A stretch of 64,000 nucleotides of DNA from a virus. Below are positions 39,601 through 50,033 of this stretch, piece after piece; positions within the stretch are counted from its first letter, which is position 1; each line of letters starts with the position of its first letter. The translations under genes and the position numbers were made by a program. Below the pieces are notes generated by a model, which ran no database searches, had not been told where the DNA came from, and worked only from the letters and a program-made list of their open reading frames with translations. Location of the stretch: positions 15,884 through 79,883 of IMG/VR virus record IMGVR_UViG_3300002925_000021; one strand, given 5' to 3'.

Positions 39601-39713
39601 GCAATGCGGCTGGCAAGATCCCTGACCGTGTAAAGGCCGAAATACTTGGATAGCTTTTTGATTGAGTCCTGAAGAGGAATTGTCGTCTGTTGCTGATTAG
39701 CACCGGCTGGCAT
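36675..39713 (-). CDS. Large baseplate hub / tail protein
   Basis: 1012 aa in the tail operon; C-terminal hub-like G.P.L..G..FFVDF...NYY.VTGL.H. Confidence 0.6.
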   Translation of the reverse strand: MPAGANQQQTTIPLQDSIKKLSKYFGLYTVRDLASRIALSQIQGQDSSSSFDLPAVPAHETKLIELLIDTSTGGYTSNDIVNGINQILSDTNSSLTGDTDLVAAVNRIVKIVYGPGDDNGNSNPSRNSGVIKGSTNRSQDSIQHILGVTTINANLANPNRDTAPSLSGIMMNSVRVLPIHKNINAVTIFMNSLPSIEISRCVPYLEVLFQFSRPPTNQANRIQAPGLIQFLDGAEIAADGTRRLMLDANHLSGSTFNGDQQEFTLTGMEIFTSPQTLVNANEDRQQSANAMAGGQGNSRRTSPVLDKFRPFMTFKSLNIDVVPTTGFMCFKTAKMDFVLHDRTRIAEVADFIRPDLYSNTEILIEYGWSHPDPPSAGNAYADLLNGMRCREKYGIINVSMNFDESGQVNISLSLAMKGANDFRTETISSDETGVSDIVRTVRDISTQIGELRRRLFQNNALGTREVRGIQVLDAAGDSNGQLLLTNEMKTELRNFRSALRSSHNPSVQGLLTALNDLYGSNGSRGRVNDLRSTIQNNIARKLQRLSQGGVDPFAASPTANTPEGRAAGRRYITYNGSVQREINEADQILSRLQVRPSITLGSILMAFVGQPLAMTHKFDDIQLIFYPFNVYAGFARSLNIANFPVDTRFFLREYTRYRMESSARAADMSLQDFLNFLAHTIVEDPAAAAYGLRSQGGNGRSWWRTPTDNQLGVGTAESTAQDSLALQTRIENLLRTVTPDGTFRLPQLDYYIECIPRSKSAVPEGENADGASVISILRIHIFDRNTTSYDSQAALLEANRDEELRTIQPVPPIEGGNQGVVQSQAEVASSIIQAARNAQLIEQIQDSNPPLYRINGGPQRLREFMMKTSPYIIVGSQGTMVKTAALSTQQDAQLSTVNLLRSFHEDPLEPNGESPGGLPLQVIPCDLNVACLGCPLLEYGSKFFVDFGTGTTIDNYYFVTGLSHKLEMGSFTTDIKFSPYDGWGRYRSLINTIRDAQVMLNEFERQRQRNTQ

Positions 39714-39758
39714 ATTGCTTTACCCCCTTTTGAGTCAGAGGACTTTTTTGGCCAACAA

Positions 39759-40046
39759 TTATCCAACGTACTTAGAACAATCCTTCAAGTCTGGCACCTT
39801 GATGATTGTACCTACTGGAACCTGTAATCCCCAACCAATGTCACTAGCAGCTGCTATCAGCCACCAAAGTCTCCCATCTCCGTAGAACTGCCCAGCTAGA
39901 ATATCCAAACGGTTGGATTCTTGAAGGACAATTTCCTGGAACCGAATGTTGCCGTCCCTGATGTTTTGGCGGATTGCAGGGACGGCAAAAGAAGTGCCAT
40001 ATCTGTAACCTAAGCCAATAACCGGTGTTCTACCGTATCTCTTCAT
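39759..40046 (-). CDS. LysM-like baseplate/tail X protein
   Basis: RLDILAGQFYGDGRLWWLIA.....G..IKVP. Confidence 0.8.
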   Translation of the reverse strand: MKRYGRTPVIGLGYRYGTSFAVPAIRQNIRDGNIRFQEIVLQESNRLDILAGQFYGDGRLWWLIAAASDIGWGLQVPVGTIIKVPDLKDCSKYVG

Positions 40047-40048
40047 GG

Positions 40049-43000
40049 CTATCTCCTACTTACTCCACCGGCACTGGTGGTGCCTCCACCATTTCCGACT
40101 CCATTGCTTGAACGCGGTTGTGCTGCTGCGAGAGCACTTCTCATAAGCATTTCTTCTCGTTCTGCCTTTGCTCGATCCTCTGGCATTCCGAGTGCCCAGG
40201 CCTTCATGGTGCCACCGATATTGTAAACAGGAGCTGTCATGAAGCCTTCCGAATCCAAACCAGGGTTGATATCGTGAATTGGGGCAAACTCCATTGAGAT
40301 TTTGCAGGACATTGGCGCTCTGGCATTGTGTCTGCCGGTTTCCCAGCGAGCATCGGTCCAATCAAAGCGAAGAGCCTTGATAAATCCAGCAAGCCCCTTG
40401 CCCTTGGTAGATTCAAAGGCTTTCACAATCGGGTTCCCATTATCCCCGGCAGAATTGAAGAAAGAGGCTACAGGATCTTGCGTGTTATTGTTCGTGGTCT
40501 GATTGCCGCTTTCTTGAGGTGAGGATTGTCTATAAGCAACCCTTGTTACCTCGGCCGGATCAGGACGTAGGTCATATTGAGTACAAGCATAAACGCCTTC
40601 TTGCCCAACAGCCTCCCCTGGGACAACAAAATGGTAAACTTTCAGATCCGGGTGGTCATTTGAGACTGTTACGCTAGTAATTCTAACTCTCAAATTTTGA
40701 GATATTGTCAATGGTTCCCCTGCAGGAGATTCTGTCGGGATAATCGACCTTCCACCGGCTGCATCTGTTCCAGTAAGGGAGATAAAACCTCCTTCGCTTG
40801 CTCCACGGGTTCCACCTCTTCCATTTCTTTGTGTTTGATTTGGCTGGGAGGGTGAACTTGCAAGATTTGACACTCTTGGATACCCAACCAACCTGCGACC
40901 TGATCCTCTTCCAGGCTGAAATGGCAATGGTGTAAGAAGAGCATGTTCTCCGACATTATACTCTCCGTCACGTCCCATCCTTTGAGTGACTTGTTCTAGG
41001 TTCCGCCTCATGGAAGCATTGTATCGGATGTTCCCTTGTTGGCCCTGAAGAGCAAAATTGGAAGAACCGAGTCCAAAAAGCCTTGCTAAAGCAAAACGGC
41101 TATAGTTGCTCTTCCAAACATCTCCTAGTCGCAATCGTACCAGCGGGGAAGCGCTTGGAACCTGTGAGAAAGGTTGAATGAATTTCTCGGTGGAGGTTCC
41201 AACCTGTCTTCCTTCAGTGTATTGCGGGTAAACCAAAGTAATGAGCTTGTTGATCTTGAACCACATATGGTCAAAATCCATCTCATTAGTTGCTACCACC
41301 CGGAACTCCAGGGAAATAGACCTTTGGGTGTTCTTGTAGATGAGTGCCTTGCCAATCCTTCCATACCCGTCTACCTCGGTGTACTCTGGATCAAACGAAT
41401 CTGACATGTTCTCCATGAAGGCATGAAAAGAGATGATTTCATTGGTCCGAATGTCATGGAAGTAAAAAGGCATATACTCTGCTTCCAGGTGTTCTTCCAT
41501 TGCCTTGACTTCATCCGCTGGAATGCGATTTCCATCAAGGCCATCTGGCCCCTTAACCTTGTGCAGGTTATTCGTCCGAAGGTTGTTTGACAGGTTCTCC
41601 GTGGGGTTATTGGATTGGTCCTGAGCGTTTAAAAACGTAGCTTCAGCACGGAAAATGCTGTTTGGAATCAAATACATTGACTTGGTTGTGTTTGAACCCC
41701 AAGCCAAAGCATCTCGGTAGTTTCTGCCCAACCGATCAATGGAGTGAATTACCGCTGGGTTTAGACTGGTTTCACGGTTCGGCCCCACTCCAGCCTCAGC
41801 AATAATTCTGTCTACATCTGAAATGTGTTCATTTACCTCGCCGTTCTGGTCAATCAAAAACCCTGCATCGGCATGGTTCAAAGCCACATCTCCGATCGTG
41901 GCAAGAATGTTGCAAAATTTTAGAAGCGGTGAACTGTTCAGCTTTTGAATTAGCTCAATGGGACCAAGTGGATTGCCGAGAAGAGTCACATCGTTGACAT
42001 TCCTTGGCCGATCCCCTTCAGTGTTTATAACCCCACCCACGGCCATTAGCACGAAGTCAGTGGTAGAACGAATGATACTTCTGAGAATGGTATTGTAATA
42101 ACCATGGTTCTGTGCGATTTTAACAGCTGTAACACCCGGTGCTGCAACGCCAAAGAAAATGTCTACCCCCTTCGAAACAGCTTGAAAGTAGTCGTGAGTG
42201 GTCTGAACAGTTTGAATGCTAAAATCAGTATTCCGAAATGCCGATACTTCATCGGCTTTCCCAAGGTAAGATCCAAGCCGTCTCCTTCTTTCAGACTTTG
42301 GTATATTCCCTGGACGAATAGGATTGGATGGCTTTCTAGCAGCAATAATAACCCCAGCAGTGCCCTTGATGAGTCCGCCAATGGTTAGGGCCAGGAGAGC
42401 AGCCGAAGCCACAGAAGCGGTGCTGGAGAGCCCTGCAAAGGGCGCCATCCAGTTGTTCACATTACCATAGGAGAGCACCGGTTCCCTCTTGATGTTATCA
42501 TCCAGGGTTGGTTTGGTGAAATCAGGGTTGATGTCCTTCATAATCTTGATAGGACTTACACGAGTCATATCAATCTTCTGACCGATACGAGCCAAACCTG
42601 GAGCGAGAGCAGCACCACGAACTGCAACCTGCTGGATAACATCATTTGGATCTTGGGGGATGTAGTACTCCCCAGAAGCTTGGAGCATGGTCAAAAGACC
42701 AATCTTCTTCAGGTCTTTTATTTTCACCAAAACAGCATTGTCGACTTCGGATGTCGGGAACTTCCTTGGGACATGTTTTCCAAAGCTGACCTGGGCAAAT
42801 CCAACCCCAATGTTGCTTTCGTCCTCTGTAACCGACGCTGTTCCGCTAGAACCTGGTGTCTGAACAGGAATGCCGTCTGCCAGTTCAAGACCGGGACGAG
42901 GAATATAGGTTTTACCAATGGTAAAACGATTGTTCTCAAATTGAACCTGTCGAACTCTCTTTACGAAAGCAGACTGTTCGCCAAGTTCATTGACTTCCTT

Positions 43001-43465
43001 GTAGATATCAACTCCCGTTGGAGCTGTTACAGAGGTCTTCCCCTTCTTGATAACAAACTTCCCCCCTTTGGTACTGTCAACATCCAAAAGACCAGAATTG
43101 GATGTATTGTTCAGTTCCACCTGAGCCGACCTGCCATCTGGAGAAGGGGGTTGGAATTTCTCCGAGAAGTAGGGTTGCCCGTTCTCCCCGGGATCTTGGA
43201 GCCCGGAAGGGTTGCCAGAACTATCAGAAAGACCAAATCTGCCCTGAATGGTTGACAGCGGGAATTCGTTTTGCGTTTCGATGGTTACGGCTGTAGCATA
43301 CCTAACCATCTTTGAGAGGACTTCCGGCTTGAAGTCATCCTTATCAATTTGAACGGTATTCCCGGGGCCTGTATTTTCCAGTACTGGGACAATACGGTCA
43401 CCATCCAAGTTTCGGATAAGGTCGGCTAGACGGCGGGAAGTGGTTGACATGCCTGTAACTATCAC
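40049..43465 (-). CDS. Baseplate / tail-tube initiator-like protein
   Basis: MPFYFHDIRTNE...FHAF...SDS...GR....IY..T.RSISLEF segment; lies between tape measure and LysM genes. Confidence 0.6.
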   Translation of the reverse strand: MIVTGMSTTSRRLADLIRNLDGDRIVPVLENTGPGNTVQIDKDDFKPEVLSKMVRYATAVTIETQNEFPLSTIQGRFGLSDSSGNPSGLQDPGENGQPYFSEKFQPPSPDGRSAQVELNNTSNSGLLDVDSTKGGKFVIKKGKTSVTAPTGVDIYKEVNELGEQSAFVKRVRQVQFENNRFTIGKTYIPRPGLELADGIPVQTPGSSGTASVTEDESNIGVGFAQVSFGKHVPRKFPTSEVDNAVLVKIKDLKKIGLLTMLQASGEYYIPQDPNDVIQQVAVRGAALAPGLARIGQKIDMTRVSPIKIMKDINPDFTKPTLDDNIKREPVLSYGNVNNWMAPFAGLSSTASVASAALLALTIGGLIKGTAGVIIAARKPSNPIRPGNIPKSERRRRLGSYLGKADEVSAFRNTDFSIQTVQTTHDYFQAVSKGVDIFFGVAAPGVTAVKIAQNHGYYNTILRSIIRSTTDFVLMAVGGVINTEGDRPRNVNDVTLLGNPLGPIELIQKLNSSPLLKFCNILATIGDVALNHADAGFLIDQNGEVNEHISDVDRIIAEAGVGPNRETSLNPAVIHSIDRLGRNYRDALAWGSNTTKSMYLIPNSIFRAEATFLNAQDQSNNPTENLSNNLRTNNLHKVKGPDGLDGNRIPADEVKAMEEHLEAEYMPFYFHDIRTNEIISFHAFMENMSDSFDPEYTEVDGYGRIGKALIYKNTQRSISLEFRVVATNEMDFDHMWFKINKLITLVYPQYTEGRQVGTSTEKFIQPFSQVPSASPLVRLRLGDVWKSNYSRFALARLFGLGSSNFALQGQQGNIRYNASMRRNLEQVTQRMGRDGEYNVGEHALLTPLPFQPGRGSGRRLVGYPRVSNLASSPSQPNQTQRNGRGGTRGASEGGFISLTGTDAAGGRSIIPTESPAGEPLTISQNLRVRITSVTVSNDHPDLKVYHFVVPGEAVGQEGVYACTQYDLRPDPAEVTRVAYRQSSPQESGNQTTNNNTQDPVASFFNSAGDNGNPIVKAFESTKGKGLAGFIKALRFDWTDARWETGRHNARAPMSCKISMEFAPIHDINPGLDSEGFMTAPVYNIGGTMKAWALGMPEDRAKAEREEMLMRSALAAAQPRSSNGVGNGGGTTSAGGVSRR

Positions 43466-43522
43466 TTTCTTGCAAAGTAAAACAGGCTAACGAACTAACC
43501 GGCCAACCAATAACAAGCCACA

Positions 43523-43681
43523 TTACTTCAGGAGGAATTGTTCCAGTGGAAGAAGAACCTTTTCTTCAAAATCCTTGGCCATCTTCTTGATGGCTTCTTC
43601 TACAGCAGCCCTTTCTTCTTCTGGAATCTCTTTGAGCAAAGCTTGGTATTTTTCAGTTTTGATGATGTCTTCGTACTTCAC
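43523..43681 (-). CDS. Small hypothetical protein (52 aa; below track cut-off)
   Basis: GTG start with GAGGT RBS; VKYEDIIKTEKYQALLKEIPEEERAAVEEAIK... Confidence 0.55.
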   Translation of the reverse strand: MKYEDIIKTEKYQALLKEIPEEERAAVEEAIKKMAKDFEEKVLLPLEQFLLK

Positions 43682-43687
43682 GACCTA

Positions 43688-46600
43688 TTACCTCTCAAGC
43701 GGATTATGCTTGATTCTGGTTGTGTGAGGACCAATTCGACGGAGCATTGCGAGTTCCAAAGCGTCCAATCCATTGTTGTCAAGACGAATAGCAACAGTCA
43801 GATTAATGTTGAAGTTCCGGTTTTGAATGGTGTAGTTGCCCTCTGATCCAAGTCCAAGGGTATCGCCAAGTCTCTGGAGAGACTGTTCAATTTCAATTGG
43901 CCGAATCCCACGGATTGTAGTTGAGAGTTGGTTCAATTCAGATACCATTCCTGTTACAACCCTGGAGACCCTATCAAACTGAACACCTTCGATTTCAGCT
44001 GTAAGCTTCGCCACCATCGGTCGGATGGCTACGACATTACTCATGAAGGTTCCAGGTTCACTATTGAACTGCTTTTTTAAAGCATCCAGCGAACTGTTGA
44101 TGTTGGTCATAGCCTCTGCGATCCCAACAGAACTGTTTGGTAGACGATTACCAGTGAGAGACTGCAAACTGTTCCCAACCTCAACGATTGAGTTTACCAA
44201 GTTTATAAGCATGCTCTTTTGATCACTGGAGATTCCAGTAACACCCTGGAGCATGGCTTGCAGTCGTCCTCCTACCAGCGGGTTTAGTCCCGAAGATGTC
44301 CTTGGGCTTGCCAAGCTCTCAATGATGTTGTTCAGGCTTTGAAGAGGAACATCCAGAACCATCGGCGGAATAATTCGACCTTGACCCCCGGCAATCTCCC
44401 CAATGCTACGAATCATCCCAGGGACACCGCTAAGAACTTCAAAGATAGCTTTGACGGCTGTTACCTTTTGACTAAATTCTGCCGGGTTCCCGATACTATT
44501 GGTAATATCAACCAATTGAGGAGTTATCTTGCGCAAAATTGGAACAAATCCATTATCTGAACCGGTTCCCCGTAAGGCCAGAAAGAACATGTCGAGAGTG
44601 TATTGAAGGTCTCTCAGCGTAACCATATCCCCTTTCAATTCTTGCCCAGCGGTCATTCCTTTCATTGAACGAAGCATCTGTGGAACATGGCTTATAACCT
44701 CAAAGAACTTCTGAATTCCCTCCATCCCTTTCGCCATGGCAGTCGCTTCTCCTTCGCTAATGCCTGCGAAAACTTCTCTCATGCCTGCAACCAGTTGAGG
44801 CAGATCCCCTCGTACTCTAGTAAAGAAGGTATTGACAAGCTGCATCATGTTATAGATGGCTCCAGCATCGGCTTGAGTGCCTCTTGCGGCTGGACCAGTA
44901 TCACCACCACCACGTCCACTTGCCGTTACAGCGATCATTGAACCCAAACTGGCTACTGTGGAGAATAGCGGTCCAATCACAGGACCGATTGCTTGAAGTG
45001 TTCTAGCTTGTCCTGGATCAAGGCTGGTAATGCTTCCTGTAACTGTTGTAATAAGCGTCCCAAGTCGAGTAAATAGATCTGAAGATGTAATAGTCCTCAT
45101 AGTCTCTCGGATGAAGTTGCTCAAGTGTTGAACAACGCCATGGAACTGAGCCCCACGGTTCATCTCTTTCAGCAAAGCAGCACTTGGTCTAAGACTCTGA
45201 GCCAAATCCCCCACTCCTGCAAGGATTGCCGGAATAACTTGGGCGGCCTTGACTTGGGATTCAGTGAAACCAGTGCCTATGTCTTCGGTAAGCATCCTGA
45301 CAACCGAGCGCATGAACATGTTGAGCTTATTGCCAACTTCATTCACGTACTCAGTCACAAGGCTAATTCGACGCCCCACAGTATCTCCATTGAGCTGGGC
45401 CATGAAATCTGGTTCTTGTAGAGCTTCTGAAGGAGGTTTCAGAGCATTTCCAAGGTTGGCAATTCCACCGAGAAGATCACCAATGATTTGAGCAGATTTC
45501 AACTCTCTCTCGCTACCCGAGAGTTGCTGCACGTTGTTTCGGATAGAATCCAGTATTCTTGTGATTTGGTTTCCAAGAACCGTAATGGTGTTCTCAACTT
45601 GACGGAGGGTTTTTCTTTGTTCATCTGCACCAGCACCACTAAGGAAATCAAGAATACCTGGCTGTGTAGCTGCAACCATCTGGGCTACAGAACTTGTGAA
45701 TTCACCAATTCCCCTCATTACATCAATGAAAATACGAGCCTTTTGGATGAATCCAGGCCCTGGACGGAACTGGTTAATCGCTTGCATAACTCTCAACCCT
45801 TGTTGAACCATCACTTCAACGGTTGCTGCAATAGCTGCTAGTCCAGCAGCAATAGTAAGAGCCCCCAAGCCGCTTCCAGCAAGAGCAATACTTCCGATCA
45901 GAGCCGCAATAGCTACAACGCCAGCAGCCGCAAGGAAAAAGGTTCCAGTGGCAGCCATTACGGCAACTGTTTTCTTAATCTTTGGCATTTCTATGCGGCC
46001 GAATTTCTTGACGAGTTCATAAGCAGCCTCAGCCATGACGGCGGCTGTAACAAGGACAATACCCAAGCCTACTCCAATTCGCGCAACCATCCCCATGTTA
46101 ATGTTGATGGCACTAAGCATCTTGACAGCTCCAGCAATGGCCAGCATCGCCCCTGCTGTAGCAACCATAGCCAAAGCTGCCCCGGTTATTGATTTGGTTG
46201 TCAGTTTGTTATCTTGTATCGCCTTGGCAAAACGGAACAGCGCATACATGACCCCAGCCATGCCGACCACAACAAACACGGCAATAGCCGTCATCTGAAC
46301 AAGAGCTCGTCCCCAGTTTACACGAGACTCACTAGCAGCCTTAGCAGCCTGTTCGGCACCTTGAACGGCGCCTGTTACAGCACTTCCAGCTTTGTTTGTT
46401 CCCGGGACTGCTTGGACCTTTGAAACGGCTTCAGTCACCTGAGAGACTTGTTTGCTAAACAGGTTCTTCGCCGAGTTGAATGCCTTACTAATCCCCCCAC
46501 CGCCGACAAAGCTAAGAAGACCCTGAGAGAAAGTTGTGGCAATGGATGTGGCAATAATTCTCCCAGTCATTCCAATCAAAGCGGGACCAGCCAAAACTGA

Positions 46601-48712
46601 CATAACCTCAAACAAATTTTTCCGAATCCAAGGTTTGGCCTTGGTCCAAATGACCGAAAACATTTCCTTCACGGCTTCCCAGAGGCCAGGACCAGCCGTT
46701 TTAATAGCATCAATAATCGGATTCAGGAGTTGTCCCATGAATCCTTGAGCGCCAGAAGCCTGGTCTTCAATCCCAATTTTCTTTCTACCGGATATGACCT
46801 CTGTAATAAACTTGATACTGTTCTTCAAGCCCTCCATGGCAACCTTGAGGAGCCCACCAGCAATGTTGCTTAAGGCGAGGAAGAACTTCTTGAAACCATC
46901 AAGAATTCGCTGCCCATTCTGGGAATTTCCCTGGAACCAAGAGAAGAAGTCCCTCTTCAGACGTTCCAACAGTTTCGGCAAGGCCATCCGAGGGTTGTCG
47001 GTCATATCCTTGAAGAAGTCCTTGAAGGCATTCGTGACATTGTTGAACATGGCACGGAACTTTTTAGGTTCAAATATGTCAGCAATGCCATTGAACACGT
47101 CCTTCACGCCTGGAAACAAGGCAACAAAGGCCCGCCCAACTTTGATGCCTTCAAAATAGGCTATTCTAAGATCTATCCGAAGTTCTCTCATTATTCGTCT
47201 GAATTCTGCGGTTCGTTGAATTCCGACGGTGAACCCCTGGATGAATCGGTCAATGAACCCCCCAGAACCAAAAGAAGACATGGGTGGCACCAAACGTTCA
47301 ATTGAGTCAGCCAAAGCCTTCATGGCTTGGACTTGTGTCATTTGGGTCTTCTTGGCAGCGTCAGCCTTCTTGGTCACTTGGTCATAGGTCATCCCCTGGT
47401 TCTTCATTGAGAACACAAGGTCGAGTGCGCTATCTTCCAAGCCTGTTTGCTGTGCAAGCAAAGCTCTTTCCTGCCGTGTCATGTTTTCAACAGAACGACC
47501 GGCCTGGAAGAAGCTCTTCCTCAGCATTTCAACTCTCTGTGCTGGATTCTGTGCTTTCATCATTTCCAAGGCATCAACATTCAAACCAAATGCCTGAGAA
47601 AGATGTGCCGCGCCATTCGCAGCATCCTCGAAGTTATCGTATTTTTCAATAACCCCCATAACCTTGGAAACTTCAACGCCCAACCGACGGAAGTATACAA
47701 CAGCCTGACCAATCTCCTTTATGGCAATACCACCGAAATGGCGGAAATCAGCCATAAGAGTGCCCATATCCCTTGAGATTTCCTTTGCGGAGCCTGCGGT
47801 TCCATTAAAGGCTTTACTCAACTGGTGGGAATAGTTGGTCATTTCTCTTAGGTTATCTGTTACTTGTTGCCCAAGAGCGAATGAACGGGCCGCAACAGCT
47901 TTCTGACCCTCTTCGGTAAGGCCAAGCCCTTTGTAATAAGCTCCAATGGCCTCGGCATTCCTCATGAACTGAATAGCAAGTGTAGCAAATAGCGGACCAA
48001 GGTTATGAGCATATTCCTGTATATACCTCAGTCTCTCAGCAAGGGGGCCAAAAATTCGAGTTACTCGAAGACCCGTCTGTGCCAGTTCCCCCCTCATAGA
48101 TCGAGCCATGTAAACAATAGCTCCACCAGAAGTCTCTTTTAGGGTGCCAAACTCTTTGCGGACGTTCTCCAGTGCTTGCAACAGTTCTGTGTTGGTCCCC
48201 CCTTGGTCAGACATGTGAATGAGACCAGAGAGCATCTTGAACGGGATAGCAATGATTGAAGCAGCTAGGTGCCCTAGAGAACCTACAAGCCCCGTAACGG
48301 CCCCGCCCACTGTATGGAGCATGTTGCTAGTGAACCGAAGTCCTTGAACCAATCCATCAAGGGCTGAGAGGGCGACGACAAACCTCTTTGCCTTCTTAGT
48401 GATCTTGTCGAGGCCATCACCAGTTTCTTTTTCTTTTTCTACCGCCTCCTTTAAGCTATTATTCATCTGTTCAAAAACATCCTGGTTGGTCGCTCCCAGG
48501 GTTTTTGACTTTTCAGTAGAGTCCGAAATGGCTTTGTTTACTTCCTCAATATCTCTGACTACTTCTTTGTAGTCCATCTTCTGCATGGCAGCAACAAGCT
48601 GGGTGGTCAGGGCTACCTGATCTTTTGCCAGTTTGGCACTAACTTCCAGAAGCTTGTTCTGTTCGGCCAAAAGCTGGTTTAGCTGTTGCTGTAGGTCAAG
48701 GTTGGTAGCCAT
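43688..48712 (-). CDS. Tape measure protein
   Basis: ~1670 aa helical, A/G/I-rich with hydrophobic stretches; start at MATNLDL. Confidence 0.85.
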   Translation of the reverse strand: MATNLDLQQQLNQLLAEQNKLLEVSAKLAKDQVALTTQLVAAMQKMDYKEVVRDIEEVNKAISDSTEKSKTLGATNQDVFEQMNNSLKEAVEKEKETGDGLDKITKKAKRFVVALSALDGLVQGLRFTSNMLHTVGGAVTGLVGSLGHLAASIIAIPFKMLSGLIHMSDQGGTNTELLQALENVRKEFGTLKETSGGAIVYMARSMRGELAQTGLRVTRIFGPLAERLRYIQEYAHNLGPLFATLAIQFMRNAEAIGAYYKGLGLTEEGQKAVAARSFALGQQVTDNLREMTNYSHQLSKAFNGTAGSAKEISRDMGTLMADFRHFGGIAIKEIGQAVVYFRRLGVEVSKVMGVIEKYDNFEDAANGAAHLSQAFGLNVDALEMMKAQNPAQRVEMLRKSFFQAGRSVENMTRQERALLAQQTGLEDSALDLVFSMKNQGMTYDQVTKKADAAKKTQMTQVQAMKALADSIERLVPPMSSFGSGGFIDRFIQGFTVGIQRTAEFRRIMRELRIDLRIAYFEGIKVGRAFVALFPGVKDVFNGIADIFEPKKFRAMFNNVTNAFKDFFKDMTDNPRMALPKLLERLKRDFFSWFQGNSQNGQRILDGFKKFFLALSNIAGGLLKVAMEGLKNSIKFITEVISGRKKIGIEDQASGAQGFMGQLLNPIIDAIKTAGPGLWEAVKEMFSVIWTKAKPWIRKNLFEVMSVLAGPALIGMTGRIIATSIATTFSQGLLSFVGGGGISKAFNSAKNLFSKQVSQVTEAVSKVQAVPGTNKAGSAVTGAVQGAEQAAKAASESRVNWGRALVQMTAIAVFVVVGMAGVMYALFRFAKAIQDNKLTTKSITGAALAMVATAGAMLAIAGAVKMLSAININMGMVARIGVGLGIVLVTAAVMAEAAYELVKKFGRIEMPKIKKTVAVMAATGTFFLAAAGVVAIAALIGSIALAGSGLGALTIAAGLAAIAATVEVMVQQGLRVMQAINQFRPGPGFIQKARIFIDVMRGIGEFTSSVAQMVAATQPGILDFLSGAGADEQRKTLRQVENTITVLGNQITRILDSIRNNVQQLSGSERELKSAQIIGDLLGGIANLGNALKPPSEALQEPDFMAQLNGDTVGRRISLVTEYVNEVGNKLNMFMRSVVRMLTEDIGTGFTESQVKAAQVIPAILAGVGDLAQSLRPSAALLKEMNRGAQFHGVVQHLSNFIRETMRTITSSDLFTRLGTLITTVTGSITSLDPGQARTLQAIGPVIGPLFSTVASLGSMIAVTASGRGGGDTGPAARGTQADAGAIYNMMQLVNTFFTRVRGDLPQLVAGMREVFAGISEGEATAMAKGMEGIQKFFEVISHVPQMLRSMKGMTAGQELKGDMVTLRDLQYTLDMFFLALRGTGSDNGFVPILRKITPQLVDITNSIGNPAEFSQKVTAVKAIFEVLSGVPGMIRSIGEIAGGQGRIIPPMVLDVPLQSLNNIIESLASPRTSSGLNPLVGGRLQAMLQGVTGISSDQKSMLINLVNSIVEVGNSLQSLTGNRLPNSSVGIAEAMTNINSSLDALKKQFNSEPGTFMSNVVAIRPMVAKLTAEIEGVQFDRVSRVVTGMVSELNQLSTTIRGIRPIEIEQSLQRLGDTLGLGSEGNYTIQNRNFNINLTVAIRLDNNGLDALELAMLRRIGPHTTRIKHNPLER

Positions 48713-48721
48713 CTGCAATTT

Positions 48722-48740
48722 CAAGTCATAATTAGACTTG
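48722..48740. promoter_or_regulatory. Palindrome carrying a TAATTA candidate late promoter
   Basis: caagtc-ATAATTA-gacttg between the divergent tape measure gene and the 48808 ORF. Confidence 0.5.
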
Positions 48741-48807
48741 TGTTCAAAACGGCTTAGTCGTTTCCACACCGTGACCAGAAGTTGAAAATAAGCAAAGGCA
48801 AGACAAG

Positions 48808-49074
48808 ATGAGCAATTACAAACTTTCGGCAACCGGGAAGCTCTTCTTTGCTTCTTTGGCCGCCTATCTGGCAGGAGCGAAAAGCATTATCAAACTGAAG
48901 GGCACCCCAGAACAGATTAGGGCTTTGACCAATGCCATAATGGCCTCGAAGGAATTCCAGGACGAAATCAGCAGAGAAGGGGCAACCGTTGAGTCGGTAA
49001 TTGAGAAAATGCGGTTCAAAAACATGACTGCTGCTGATTTCAAACGGATTACAGGCAAGCCATTTCCTTTTTGA
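48808..49074 (+). CDS. Hypothetical protein
   Basis: 88 aa ORF divergent from the tape measure gene. Confidence 0.6.
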   Translation: MSNYKLSATGKLFFASLAAYLAGAKSIIKLKGTPEQIRALTNAIMASKEFQDEISREGATVESVIEKMRFKNMTAADFKRITGKPFPF

Positions 49075-49219
49075 TAAATCCCTAAATCCCAAGTTAGAAA
49101 TGGCTAGTCAACAAAGACCAAACCTATTTAAGACTGGAAACTATAAGATAACCAGGTCATAGCGCTTAGGCTTAAAGCTTTTGAAAGACGACTTACAACG
49201 TTGCAAGAAGTAAGAAACT

Positions 49220-49492
49220 ATGAACAAGGCTCAGTTGAAGAAATTCATCCAGGAAAGTGTAGCGAATGCTCTTCGGGAATGGGATCGAGGAGACACTGAA
49301 CTTTATCAATCTTCCAACGCTGACAAGTTGCTGCAACAAACAGACCAACACTTGGATAGCCTAAAAGCTTTGGCGCGGGTTCTTTACAAGAAACAGGATG
49401 CTGGAAGCCTCCAGATACTCAAAGCCATGAATGACTCTCTAAGTGGATTTGTTGACAAGGTAACCAAAGCTGTTCGTTCTGGAAGGATATAA
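49220..49492 (+). CDS. Hypothetical protein with N-terminal leader
   Basis: MNKAQLKKFIQESV; TATTTA at 49125. Confidence 0.65.
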   Translation: MNKAQLKKFIQESVANALREWDRGDTELYQSSNADKLLQQTDQHLDSLKALARVLYKKQDAGSLQILKAMNDSLSGFVDKVTKAVRSGRI

Positions 49493-49493
49493 T

Positions 49494-50033
49494 ATGCCTT
49501 TCATCAAACTTGCTCAGAAGGTTTTCAAACTCATTAACCCCTCTGGATACCACAAACGGATTGCTGTCAAACTGTTTGAACTTCCAAACGGGTTGAAGGA
49601 AACATTCTTTGTTGACCAGGACAGTGATTCAGTGCAAGTTCTGTGCATCACGAAGGATGCACAGCCAGACGTAATTCTGGTCCAGCAATTTCGAACAGGG
49701 CCAGAACAGGTGCAGTTGGAACTACCAGGGGGCGCTATTAATCCTGGAGAGGAGCCATTGCATGCAGGCATAAGGGAGTTGAGGGAGGAGACAGGATACG
49801 TTGGAGATGCAACCTATATGGGTAGCCTCCCTTATTCCCCTTACTCCAACGGAAGAAGGCATTGTGTTCTGGTGATCAACGCGGAACAGGTTGATACCCA
49901 ACGCCTGGACCCAAATGAGTTCGTGACGCTTCTGAAGATGCCTTTAAGGGACTTCCGTCTAAAGATAAAGAACGGTAGTATCCGTGGGTTTGACTTCGGA
50001 TATATGTCCCTAGATTACCTAGGCAAACTATAG
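49494..50033 (+). CDS. Nudix hydrolase (ADP-ribose pyrophosphatase-like)
   Basis: QFR...ELPGG.....E.....G.RELREETG Nudix box. Confidence 0.92.
   Translation: MPFIKLAQKVFKLINPSGYHKRIAVKLFELPNGLKETFFVDQDSDSVQVLCITKDAQPDVILVQQFRTGPEQVQLELPGGAINPGEEPLHAGIRELREETGYVGDATYMGSLPYSPYSNGRRHCVLVINAEQVDTQRLDPNEFVTLLKMPLRDFRLKIKNGSIRGFDFGYMSLDYLGKL

Noticed and set aside
26047-47776. Numerous long plus-strand ORFs antisense to replication and tail genes
   Set aside because: They are shadow frames of well-supported minus-strand genes with no independent motifs.
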